Shown here: positions 37,360-46,428 of the stretch, piece after piece
Numbering within the stretch: the first letter of the stretch is position 1
Layout: every line of letters begins with the position of its first letter
Source of the DNA: an uncultured Clostridia bacterium
Lineage (GTDB): Bacteria > Bacillota > Limnochordia > Darwinibacteriales > DTU012
NCBI GenBank assembly: GCA_900019385.1
Contig: FIZJ01000003.1
Span: 42,744 to 106,743 of the forward strand
Length of the DNA stretch: 64,000 bases
Direction: 5' to 3'
The notes under the pieces: generated by a model
What the model saw: the letters and a program-made list of their open reading frames with translations, nothing else
Told to the model about the DNA's origin: nothing
Databases searched by the model: none
Program-made: the position numbers and the translations under genes

Positions 37360-38472
37360 CTATCTACTCTGGAAATTCCTGCTAACCCGTTGGGCTTTCG
37401 CTCCAATCATATTGTCTCTAACGGTGTGGTCCACACCTTTGGGAATGGTGAGCTTTAATGCTGCTGGATCTTTGCGGACAGAAACCCAGCCCAAGCCGTG
37501 GATGTACAGGTCTTGGTTTGGATTGAGAGTCACTTCTTCCTGAGTCAACTCCGGCAGTTGACAACCACCGCATTTCTGCGCCAGCCAGTTGGGGATCTTG
37601 TCGGCGTTCGCCCGCCGCCAAGACACCTCCGACGCGGTAAAGCCGATCAGCACCGTTTCTCGGCTGGATAAAGGCTGAACAGCAGCAAACCCAGGAACAA
37701 CCAAAGCACTGCGGCTGCTTATTGTGTGCACGCTCACATTGAGCCTCCGAGCGGGAATAAGCTTCACTGCGCAGTCCGGGCAGACTAGGTCCGTAAGCCG
37801 GCCTTTCGGCACTAACCCTGGTGAATCGGCAAGGACAATGCCGCAATCTAATTCCCACCGGGTCAATGCAACAGTTGTGCCGGGAAACATGGATGTGGTG
37901 GGTGAATGATTTTGAGCTCTCGCCTGTTTTTTCAGCATACTGGTGATCAAACTGGACTTGCCTGAGTTGGTGACACCAATCACCAACCAGTTCCGCCCGG
38001 ACGAACGATTCATAACTGCTAACAGCTCAGAAATCCCGTAACCGGTGGCGCAGCTTACAGGGACGATGTCAGGATCAAGCCCCAGAGCGTGGAGACGGCG
38101 CCTGGCCCACAATCCGGCTTCGCCGGCCGTGGTCCGGGGCGGCAGCAGATCCACCTTGTTAAGTACGGCGACAACCTGATGTTTGCGGACCAAACGGTGG
38201 ATGTTCCTGGGAACGCTGGCTTCAAAGTCCATCAAATCCAGAATCACAACGACACCTTGCGCCCAGCTCAATCCCTCGAGGATGATCTGCTCGGCGTCAA
38301 ATCCACCGGAGTATTCCTGGTCTTTGCCGTAATGCTTGATTCGGTAGCAGCGCTGGCAGATCAGATCCCCTTTCCTCGACTCAAGCGCCTGCCGGGGAAT
38401 GTAGCCCAACGCATTTGGGTCATGCGACTGCAAAAAGGCACCGCATCCTTGACATTGTATCGAAGCTTTCAT
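37360..38472 (-). CDS. yqeH: ribosome biogenesis GTPase YqeH (circularly permuted, N-terminal Zn finger)
   Basis: CQGCG...CQRCY, permuted G-motifs (NKVDLL...GVTNSGKSSL). Confidence 0.85.
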   Translation of the reverse strand: MKASIQCQGCGAFLQSHDPNALGYIPRQALESRKGDLICQRCYRIKHYGKDQEYSGGFDAEQIILEGLSWAQGVVVILDLMDFEASVPRNIHRLVRKHQVVAVLNKVDLLPPRTTAGEAGLWARRRLHALGLDPDIVPVSCATGYGISELLAVMNRSSGRNWLVIGVTNSGKSSLITSMLKKQARAQNHSPTTSMFPGTTVALTRWELDCGIVLADSPGLVPKGRLTDLVCPDCAVKLIPARRLNVSVHTISSRSALVVPGFAAVQPLSSRETVLIGFTASEVSWRRANADKIPNWLAQKCGGCQLPELTQEEVTLNPNQDLYIHGLGWVSVRKDPAALKLTIPKGVDHTVRDNMIGAKAQRVSRNFQSR

Positions 38473-39008
38473 CGTTCTCCTCCACTGCGCTGGTCAAGCA
38501 CTTCATCCGCCAGCCAACCCTTTTTCACAAATCTCCTCAGCATTCTCTGCTCCAATTTGCGCACCAGCCGGGTAGTGCTGAGCTCCTTTTTCCCCAGAGG
38601 TGTGATCAGGATGGTATAAATACCGAGCCGGTTGGCACCAAGGACATCTGTGAACAGCTGATCACCGATCATGGCCACCTGCGGCGCGTCTTTACTCAAA
38701 AGCCGCAGCGCCTGCAGAAACGGGCTTCGTTTCGGCTTGTAAGCACGGATTACCGCAGGTATGTCCATCAACTGCGCAAAGCGAAGCACCCGTTTAGGCC
38801 TGCCGTTGGACACCAGACAGATCTTGAAGCCTTCGGCCTTGGCCTGGGCTACCCAGGCCTTGAATTCCTGATCGAGCTCTTCACTGTCGTAGCGTACCAG
38901 TGTATTGTCGAGATCCAGCATCAATCCTGATATCCCTAGCTTGCGCAATTCCGCCAAATTGATGTCGGTCACACGATTACACACTTTGTTTGGCAGTAAC
39001 AGCTTCAT
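38469..39008 (-). CDS. yqeG: YqeG-family HAD phosphatase
   Basis: LDLDNTL HAD motif I; start MKLLLP with AAGGAG RBS. Confidence 0.8.
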   Translation of the reverse strand: MKLLLPNKVCNRVTDINLAELRKLGISGLMLDLDNTLVRYDSEELDQEFKAWVAQAKAEGFKICLVSNGRPKRVLRFAQLMDIPAVIRAYKPKRSPFLQALRLLSKDAPQVAMIGDQLFTDVLGANRLGIYTILITPLGKKELSTTRLVRKLEQRMLRRFVKKGWLADEVLDQRSGGER

Positions 39009-39085
39009 GACGACTCCTTGACTGCGTTTTTCCTTATTATACCACACATGGTGGCCATTACAAAAAGAAAAAGGGGCATCGCCCC

Positions 39086-39790
39086 TCACAACTGCACACC
39101 CATTTTTTCCTGAAGTTTCGAGAGCGCCCGTTTTTCAATCCGGGACACATATGAACGGGATATTCCCATCTTTTGGCTGATCTCCCGCTGTGTTTTCCGT
39201 TCTGACTGGCCTAAGCCGTAGCGGAGCATTAAAACCTGTTTCTCCCGTTTGCTTAAATATTTGAGCTGGTCCTGGAGTTCCGCTTGATCGGCCTGCAGTT
39301 CAACCTGGTCAAAAACGTAATCCGAATCGGTTCCGAAGATATCGATCAAGCTCAACTCGTTGCCCTCTCGATCGGAGCCGATGGGATCGTACAGCATCAC
39401 TTCCCGCTTCAACTTCTTGGTGGTCCTAAGATGCATCAGCACCTCATTCTCAATGCAGCGGGCAGCGTATGTCGCAAGCCTGGTCTGCTTATCCGCATCA
39501 TAGGTGTTGATGGCCTTGATCAGCCCGATGGTGCCGATGGATATCAGATCTTCCAGGTCTTCGCCTTTCTTGTCAAACTTCTTGACAATATGGGCGACCA
39601 ACCTGAGATTCCGCTCCACCAAGGCATTCCGTGCTTCGATGGAGCCGGCTTTCATTCTATTCAGCAATTCCTTTTCCTCTTCCGGAGTCAGAGGTTTCGG
39701 AAAGACATTGCTGTTGGTGATATAGGAAACGAGCAGGCCGATTCCTTCCGCTATCCACTTGACAGCGGCAAATACCAGCGCAGGAAGCAT
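39086..39790 (-). CDS. sigK: RNA polymerase sporulation sigma factor pro-sigma-K (intact, no skin-like interruption)
   Basis: Pro-sequence ...LVSYITNSNVFPKPLT; LRLVAHIVKKFDKKGEDLEDLISIGTIGLIKAI nearly identical to B. subtilis sigma-K region 2. Confidence 0.85.
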   Translation of the reverse strand: MLPALVFAAVKWIAEGIGLLVSYITNSNVFPKPLTPEEEKELLNRMKAGSIEARNALVERNLRLVAHIVKKFDKKGEDLEDLISIGTIGLIKAINTYDADKQTRLATYAARCIENEVLMHLRTTKKLKREVMLYDPIGSDREGNELSLIDIFGTDSDYVFDQVELQADQAELQDQLKYLSKREKQVLMLRYGLGQSERKTQREISQKMGISRSYVSRIEKRALSKLQEKMGVQL

Positions 39791-39882
39791 TTTCTCACCC
39801 CCCCAAGGCCGGTGCCGGGTTGTAAAACCTCCACTTTACACCATATGACCTTGAGCAGGGTTTTGTGTCTGTCTACTGCAAT

Positions 39883-40101
39883 TTAGGACAGATTGCTCAA
39901 CTTTTCGTTGGTCTTCTTCTGGTAATGCACGGCGCCGATACTGTCGGCAAGCTCTTGAGCCTTCTGGTAGCAGAACCTCGCGGCCGCACCGTTCTCTTTG
40001 GCTATAAAATAATCACCCAGCTTCATAAAAACACGGATCTTTTTCTTTGGCATTTGAGGAACACGCCACAAAAAGCGTAAATACCACGGGCCACTACTAT
40101 C
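39883..40101 (-). CDS. hypothetical small protein (73 aa, TPR-like C-terminus)
   Basis: ORF with GGAGAGTGA RBS 8 nt before ATG; weak support. Confidence 0.3.
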   Translation of the reverse strand, partial: DSSGPWYLRFLWRVPQMPKKKIRVFMKLGDYFIAKENGAAARFCYQKAQELADSIGAVHYQKKTNEKLSNLS

Positions 40102-40107
40102 CATGCA

Positions 40108-40145
40108 GGCTATCACTCTCCATTTGTCTTCAGTGATTGATACAA
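40108..40145 (-). promoter_or_regulatory. sigma-A-like promoter (TTGAAC-17-TATATT) upstream of the small ORF/sigK
   Basis: Sequence match only. Confidence 0.3.
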
Positions 40146-40246
40146 TCCAATATAGCATAAAACAAACTTTTGTTCAAACACTAGAGAAAGCTGTTCACCT
40201 GCCGGCAAACAGCTTTTCACTCTAAATCGGGCAAACTGTAACGATT

Positions 40247-41113
40247 CTATTCGCCACCCATTCCAGATGTACCCATTGTCTCAACGATCTTACTCTGGTT
40301 GATCACGAAGACAATGACTGGGACTGCCATCATAATCAAGGCAATTGCCGCTGATACGCCTGCCCGGGCAATTCCTCCTGTCGCCACCTGGCTTAGTGCA
40401 TACGGCAGAGTCTTCAGTTCTTCGCGATAGATAAACAGCGCACCAGTTTCCCCCCACAGCCTCTGGAAAGCCAAAATGATCATTGTCAGCCATGCAGGCT
40501 TTACAATCGGCATTGCAATCTGGGCGTAAATCCTCAGTTCACTGGCGCCGTCGATTCGTGCCGCTTCCAAGAGGGAATCATGGATCATGGCGCCCATGAA
40601 GTTGCGCATCAGGTACAACCCCAGTGTCCACGACCAATTAGGTATGACAACCGCCCAGTAGGTGTTGATCAGATTCAACCGGGACATAAGCATGTAGGTG
40701 GGGATTGACGTAACTGTCGGTGTGAACATCAATGACAAGACGATGATCTGCTCAATGGCTTTCCTGCCTGGGAATACGTGTTTCGCCAGAGCGTAGGCAG
40801 CCAACGACCCTGTGACGACGTTCCCCGCCATACCGAAACCAACGATAAACAGCGAGTTGAACAAATATCTGGTGATGGGCACCCAGGATTTACCCATCAG
40901 CACCAGCAGGTCATTGAAATTGTCCAAGGTTGGGTTCCTGACAAAAAACTGCGGTGGAAACAGCCACAACTCATTGAGGGGCTTAAAAGCCTGGCTGACC
41001 GTATAGACCATGGGCAGAGCCATAAATGCCGCGCCTAATGATAGGAAGAAGAATATCACCAAGTCTCCGCCGGTTGAACGGGATAACCGTTTCTTTCTGA
41101 TCCTGATTGCCAC
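40247..41113 (-). CDS. carbohydrate ABC transporter permease (MalG-like)
   Basis: EAA motif EAARIDGASELRIYAQIAMP. Confidence 0.9.
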   Translation of the reverse strand: MAIRIRKKRLSRSTGGDLVIFFFLSLGAAFMALPMVYTVSQAFKPLNELWLFPPQFFVRNPTLDNFNDLLVLMGKSWVPITRYLFNSLFIVGFGMAGNVVTGSLAAYALAKHVFPGRKAIEQIIVLSLMFTPTVTSIPTYMLMSRLNLINTYWAVVIPNWSWTLGLYLMRNFMGAMIHDSLLEAARIDGASELRIYAQIAMPIVKPAWLTMIILAFQRLWGETGALFIYREELKTLPYALSQVATGGIARAGVSAAIALIMMAVPVIVFVINQSKIVETMGTSGMGGE

Positions 41114-41124
41114 TGTGATCCCTC

Positions 41125-42069
41125 CTAGTTACCGATCCTATGCAGCATTCGCTGCACCAATCTCTGACTGCCTACCATCACAAAGAACAACACAACTGAA
41201 ATGGCGGAGGCATATCCCATCTCGTAGCGTACAGTACCGTAGTCGTTCAAATGCTGCATGACCGTCCACGTGGCATAGTCCGTCGGATTGGGCCCCGTCA
41301 AGGCTTGTATGTTGCCGGCCGCATTAAATGAACCAGTAATGGCCATGATTGCACCGAACATCAAATACGGGCGCATCGCCGGCAGGGTCAGATACCACAG
41401 CTCCTGCCACCGGTTTTTGATCCCGTCGATGGCACCGGCTTCGTACAATGTAGAGCTGATTCCCTGCAAGCCCGCTATGAAGGCCAAGAATGATGTGCCA
41501 AGGCTCATCCACAGCGTTACGATAATGACGATGGTCATCATGTACTTTGGTTCGATCAGCCATCCGATTGGCTTGTCGACGATATTCAGGTTCAGCAGGT
41601 GGGCGTTGATGTATCCATAGGTGTCTTGACTGAAAATAAACTGCCAAATCGTATATGCGCTTCCGGAAATCGACGGGGCGTAAAAGAGCAAGGTGAGAAA
41701 GGCGCGCACTTTTGGCTGCAGTTCATTGATGAACCAGGCAAAGATAAAACACATCATGTAGCTGACAGGCCCTGTTATAGCCGCGAACAGCAGTGTGTTC
41801 TTCACAGCAATCAGGAAAACCTCGTCGGCCAGGAACAAACGGATATAGTTGGCCCAGCCAATCCATTTCGGAAACTCAAGCATGTTGAAGTAGGTGAAGC
41901 TCAGGACGATCGACAAAATCACCGGCACAACCGTAAAAACGGTGAACAAGAACAAAAACGGTCCGACAAATGCATATGAACGCCAGCTCTTTTTCATCCG
42001 AGCCCAGAGGCTTTCCCGATACTCAATCCCTGGACTGACCATTCGTCTACGAGAAACAACAGAACTCAC
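41125..42069 (-). CDS. carbohydrate ABC transporter permease (MalF-like)
   Basis: 6 TM, EAA-like loop; GTG start with GGAGGGG RBS. Confidence 0.9.
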   Translation of the reverse strand: MSSVVSRRRMVSPGIEYRESLWARMKKSWRSYAFVGPFLFLFTVFTVVPVILSIVLSFTYFNMLEFPKWIGWANYIRLFLADEVFLIAVKNTLLFAAITGPVSYMMCFIFAWFINELQPKVRAFLTLLFYAPSISGSAYTIWQFIFSQDTYGYINAHLLNLNIVDKPIGWLIEPKYMMTIVIIVTLWMSLGTSFLAFIAGLQGISSTLYEAGAIDGIKNRWQELWYLTLPAMRPYLMFGAIMAITGSFNAAGNIQALTGPNPTDYATWTVMQHLNDYGTVRYEMGYASAISVVLFFVMVGSQRLVQRMLHRIGN

Positions 42070-42100
42070 AAGAGCCCCTCCAATCCTGGAATAATTCTAC

Positions 42101-42138
42101 GGTAATTCCACCGCAGGTAACCCTGCGGTGGAATTACC
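42101..42138. repeat. perfect 17-bp inverted repeat (GGTAATTCCACCGCAGG taac CCTGCGGTGGAATTACC) between the solute-binding-protein and permease genes
   Basis: Read directly from the sequence; no U-run follows, so it is probably an intercistronic mRNA stabilizer/attenuator. Confidence 0.7.
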
Positions 42139-42152
42139 CATGCAGTGTCCTA

Positions 42153-45100
42153 TCACTGATCGACTTCCAATCTATACAAGTGTGTATAGTGACTCCAGTA
42201 CAGATCCTTCAACCCCTGATCGAGTTTGCTGTAATCTGTCTCCAGGTTAAACTCCTCACGCTTGCGGGCGATTTCTTCGTTAATCTTGCGGTTGTACTCC
42301 AATATCGATTCCCGCAGAGGTTCATTCCTGAAAACAATCGCCCGGAACAACCAATCGAATTGACGGTTGACATAGTACCCGCCCAGTACCGCCGGGACAC
42401 CTTCGACCCACGCCCACTGCTCCAGGAGCAGATCCCGGTCGTGTACATTCCAAGGCAGCTGTGTCAAGGCTTCGACATTGGCGGTGGCGTAGCGGGCTGC
42501 CGCCCCCATCAAGCTCTCCATTTCGCGCCCAAAGCGTGCCTGAGTCTCGGTTGAGGTCCACCACTTCAGGAACTCCCAAGCCCAATCCTTTTTCTTGGAT
42601 ATCTCGAGAATAACCGCTCCCGAAGTACCGGCAGGCACTGCCGTGGCACCGGGGGCCACCGCAGTACCGGCGACAGGCACAGTGCGGTTGATGGTGCCAT
42701 CTTCCATCACTGTCCCCGGCACCAGGGTCATGCCCCATTCACCCCTAAGCTCCGGCGCAAACACCGCCAAGGTGTTGTAAAGGCCGTAGTTGGCGATCAA
42801 CAAGGGCATTTCACCCATACGGAACCTGTTGGCCTCATTATACTCATACAGCAGGTTGTGCAGAGTATACAGCTGCGTCAACTCTCTGAATGTCTCCACT
42901 GCAACCTCGGCATCGAGGTTGGTCATGATCACGTCTTCCTTGAACAAGGGGACTCCCTTTTGATAGAGGAACATCTGGTAAGTGCCTATGTTGGCTCTCA
43001 GGCCGAATTCCATATTCTCTTTCTTCAATTCGGGAATGATGGCTACGACATCATCCCATGTCTGGGGCACCTCAAGGCCCAACTCAGCCAAAATGTCTTT
43101 CCGGTAGAACAGCATCGGGAAGCCCTGTGCTTCAGGCAGAGCGTAAACCGCGTCTCTGAACCGGAACGGTACAAATGCACTCTTCATAAACCGCTGTGCT
43201 ACTTCTTCAAAGTCCGGGAATTGAGACAAATCAGCGAAAGCGCCGCGGAACGCCAGGTCCATGTTGGATGCTCCCAGAGCCACATCGGGAGCAGTCCCCG
43301 CAATGATCGAAGGGATCAAAAGCGCATCCATGCTCTGGATCAATTCCAGGTCCACCGGAATGCCGGTCATTGGTGTGAAGCTGTCCTCGATCATTTGCTT
43401 GAGAGCCTGCGCCTGGTCGCGCCCAGCACCGATCCATACCCTCAAAACCTCGTCGGTGTCGGTGATCAATCCCCGATCACCTACACGGGTGTAATCATAG
43501 GTGAACGAAGCCAAGAAAGCTCTGATTTCATGCACCCAGGTCTGAAGCGCTGTCGGCTTCGGCCTCGGCAGTGCCTGCTCCGGTGATGCCACAATGATGT
43601 AGTCTATCTGAACCGGCTGTTCCATGGTCTGGTTAAGCCAAGTTCCCAAGGCGCCCACATTGTCGCGGTACTCGCCCAGCAAGCTTGGAATCGCATGAGG
43701 CCTGTCGGCCATGTCTTCCAACACTCTGGCGAATGTGGTGAGCGTGGCGACGTGCCCACCCCTCTGCCCTGTAAAGGACTCAAACTCCTCGGCGACACTC
43801 CGCAGTATTTCCGCCTGCTCCCTCAAGGCAGGAAGCAAGCCTGGGATTTTCACATCGAGCTGATAGCTCCGGAGTGGATCCGGCTGGCCGGAGGTGATCA
43901 TGATGATCCGGCGGTAGATCGTGTTCAAGTCATAGATCAGGTCTTCGATCTTGCGGATCAGCGGAGCCATATCGCCCAAGACAGCTTTGAGAGTGAGCTC
44001 ATGTTTGCCCGCCTCCAGGTAGACCAGGGCAGGCTTGCCCTCCTCGTCGACAGGATAGACCATGTTGTAGTGGTTGTCAAAAGTGAATCTCAGGGCCTGT
44101 GCTTCCCTGAACGGTGTTTTGCCGTCGATCAGCAGCTGGCGCGATGTGTAAATCCCGCGGCGCTGATCCTGCTTACCCTTGATGGCTATCTGGTACAGCC
44201 CGCTCTCTGGCACTTCGAACTCCCAGGAAGCCCAATCCCCTACAGTCTTCCACCCAGTGCCGCCAATACTGTTGAGGCGGATCTGAGCCGGATGGTATGG
44301 TTCAAGGGTGGGATCTCCCAGGTCGTGTACGGGCATGATGGTCGGGCTTGAACGATATGCCGCTGCTTCGCCCTGAATCTTTTCGAACACTCCCGACGCC
44401 TGCTTGTACCCGGCCTCCTCGTAGGCTGCTCTCACCTCGGCGTACAGCGGCGGCACCTCATACTGGAACAATCTCAGCGAATTGATGATCACAGCTTCGG
44501 AGACTGCCTCTAGTCTAATGGTATTAGTTCCTTCTTCGAAATAAAACAAAAACGGCAGAACCTCATAGCCCGAGGGATCGCTTAAAACCTCTGTGCGCCA
44601 ACGAGGTTTCTCCACCTGCCGGGGCCTGAGCTGATTCCCATATATGTCCACTTCGATCGGGCCTGCGTCGCCCCATGTCCGGTGGAGGATCAGGTATCCT
44701 GCTTCGGCGAAAGGCCTGGAGCCGTTTATTTCCAGAGCCCTTTGAATCGGTGCGCTGCGCCCGGTCACGGGGTAATAAGTAACTTCAATATTATAAAAAC
44801 CTGCTTGTTCAACCTCCACTTCCCATTCAACAAATCCCCGCTCGCCTGTCTGGACCGATATGCCGGGCATCCCTTCGTAATCATAGAGCAGTTTTATTTC
44901 AGCATCCAGATTGGAAAGAGACACTGCCGGGATCACAATTTCCCGTTCCGGCCTGACTATTGTCTCATACTTCGCCAGGTATTCGGGATAGGTGATGGCG
45001 CGTCGATAAACCGTGAGCTGTTCCACAGCTGAGCCGGTAATGCTGTTGCTGTCCGGTGTCTCCGGTTCTGCTGACGCCTCTGCTGCTGCCTGTGGAGCAT

Positions 45101-45209
45101 TGTCGGCCTGCGCCTCGACCAGCTGCGGCAGAGTCGTGGCCAACGCCAGGGCCAAGGCGAGAAGCAGAGTGGTAAGAATAGCAGCTTTTCTGTTTCCAAT
45201 TTCCCACAT
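42153..45209 (-). CDS. giant extracellular solute-binding protein (family 1 sugar-binding domain plus two N-terminal carbohydrate-binding-module-like repeats), SPase-I signal peptide
   Basis: C-terminal ~470 aa is a family-1 sugar solute-binding fold; two repeated ~170-aa β-sandwich-like domains (GFVEWEVEVEQAGFYNIEV... / GDWASWEFEVPESGLYQIAI...); signal ...LPQLVEAQA with no lipobox Cys. Confidence 0.8.
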   Translation of the reverse strand: MWEIGNRKAAILTTLLLALALALATTLPQLVEAQADNAPQAAAEASAEPETPDSNSITGSAVEQLTVYRRAITYPEYLAKYETIVRPEREIVIPAVSLSNLDAEIKLLYDYEGMPGISVQTGERGFVEWEVEVEQAGFYNIEVTYYPVTGRSAPIQRALEINGSRPFAEAGYLILHRTWGDAGPIEVDIYGNQLRPRQVEKPRWRTEVLSDPSGYEVLPFLFYFEEGTNTIRLEAVSEAVIINSLRLFQYEVPPLYAEVRAAYEEAGYKQASGVFEKIQGEAAAYRSSPTIMPVHDLGDPTLEPYHPAQIRLNSIGGTGWKTVGDWASWEFEVPESGLYQIAIKGKQDQRRGIYTSRQLLIDGKTPFREAQALRFTFDNHYNMVYPVDEEGKPALVYLEAGKHELTLKAVLGDMAPLIRKIEDLIYDLNTIYRRIIMITSGQPDPLRSYQLDVKIPGLLPALREQAEILRSVAEEFESFTGQRGGHVATLTTFARVLEDMADRPHAIPSLLGEYRDNVGALGTWLNQTMEQPVQIDYIIVASPEQALPRPKPTALQTWVHEIRAFLASFTYDYTRVGDRGLITDTDEVLRVWIGAGRDQAQALKQMIEDSFTPMTGIPVDLELIQSMDALLIPSIIAGTAPDVALGASNMDLAFRGAFADLSQFPDFEEVAQRFMKSAFVPFRFRDAVYALPEAQGFPMLFYRKDILAELGLEVPQTWDDVVAIIPELKKENMEFGLRANIGTYQMFLYQKGVPLFKEDVIMTNLDAEVAVETFRELTQLYTLHNLLYEYNEANRFRMGEMPLLIANYGLYNTLAVFAPELRGEWGMTLVPGTVMEDGTINRTVPVAGTAVAPGATAVPAGTSGAVILEISKKKDWAWEFLKWWTSTETQARFGREMESLMGAAARYATANVEALTQLPWNVHDRDLLLEQWAWVEGVPAVLGGYYVNRQFDWLFRAIVFRNEPLRESILEYNRKINEEIARKREEFNLETDYSKLDQGLKDLYWSHYTHLYRLEVDQ

Positions 45210-45440
45210 TTTCGAGATAGTCTCCTTTCTCATCTCTCATCCCAGAAAAACTTATTCAAGCCCGATAAACCCCAAGGATTGATTGAACGTGGATTATTGA
45301 ACCTCCTTTGCCCACGTTTCCGTACCATTATCACGATTAATATCCCTGCAATATATAATTAACCATTGATCCCGATTTCCCTTCCCGTAGACACAACTTT
45401 TTTACCGCATCAACAAGGCGCAATTAGACACAAGACAGCA

Positions 45441-45472
45441 AAAAACCAAGCTTACCGCAGTAAAGCCTGGTT
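45441..45472 (-). terminator. terminator after the patatin-like gene
   Basis: ACCAGGCUUuacugcgguAAGCUUGGUUUUUUG. Confidence 0.7.
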
Positions 45473-46297
45473 CTACTCGCTTACAATGCCCATCAGCATG
45501 CTCTTCAGCTCGTCGGCTGCTTCCCGGGCTGCCTGGTAGCCCAGATCAACATACTCGTCCACCGGACGGAAGTTGATCGGGCTCATCATCCCAAGCTTGG
45601 GCTGAACGGCCACATCCACTTGCTCGAGCTGCACCAGCTCATGCTGGCGCTGAAGAATATGGGCGGCATGGATCACCGAACGCACCACTGTCCGCGGCTT
45701 CCAAGCCGCAAGGTTTGCGTGAAGGTCTACACCGATCACATACTCTGCCCCCAGCGAACGGCAGACACCGGCCGGCAGGTTCTGCACCAGCCCACCGTCA
45801 ACCAAAAGCCGCCCTTGATACTCAACTGGATAATAGATCCCCGGAAGAGTGCAGCTTATCCGCACAGCATGAGCCACATCGCCTTCATTGAGCACAACCA
45901 GTTCACCGGTACGGAAATCACACGCGGTAGCGGCGAACGGTATCTTAAGCTCATCAAAACTCCGGCGCCCGATAAAGCGGCTGATCCAGTTTTCGATTCC
46001 TTCCGAGCTCAACAGCCCGCTCTTGAACGCGGCAGGCTTGGCGAGGAACAACCAGTCAGACTGCTTCGCCGCTTGGTGCATCTGATCGCTTGAGACACCG
46101 CAGGCCCACACCGCTCCTACCGCAGCGCCAGCCGAAGATCCCACCACCAGATGAATCGGCATCCCGATTTCCTCAATAAAGCGCAGGACGCCAATATGCG
46201 CCAGCCCATAGGCGCTGCCTCCGGCCAGCGCCAGGCCGATCCGCGGCTGGTGTTCCATTTGTTCTAGTTTCGCCATCAAAGATTCCAATTCCACCAT
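45473..46297 (-). CDS. patatin-like phospholipase
   Basis: GGSAYG oxyanion, GSSAG nucleophile, DGG catalytic Asp; start MVELES with AGGGAG RBS. Confidence 0.8.
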   Translation of the reverse strand: MVELESLMAKLEQMEHQPRIGLALAGGSAYGLAHIGVLRFIEEIGMPIHLVVGSSAGAAVGAVWACGVSSDQMHQAAKQSDWLFLAKPAAFKSGLLSSEGIENWISRFIGRRSFDELKIPFAATACDFRTGELVVLNEGDVAHAVRISCTLPGIYYPVEYQGRLLVDGGLVQNLPAGVCRSLGAEYVIGVDLHANLAAWKPRTVVRSVIHAAHILQRQHELVQLEQVDVAVQPKLGMMSPINFRPVDEYVDLGYQAAREAADELKSMLMGIVSE

Positions 46298-46344
46298 GCT
46301 CACTCCCTGACTCCCGTCCTTTAAGTATATCAAATCAGAAATTA

Positions 46345-46380
46345 TAGTACAATCAAATTGGCATATTGTGCTATAATAAA
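46345..46380 (+). promoter_or_regulatory. sigma-A promoter with extended -10 (TGcTATAAT) for the M42 peptidase trio
   Basis: tacaatcaaattggcatattgTGcTATAATaaac, about 50 nt upstream of the ATG. Confidence 0.4.
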
Positions 46381-46428
46381 CAAAGACTGATTTTGCCGCA
46401 GTTGAAGATGGCAAAGGAGTGAATCGCA

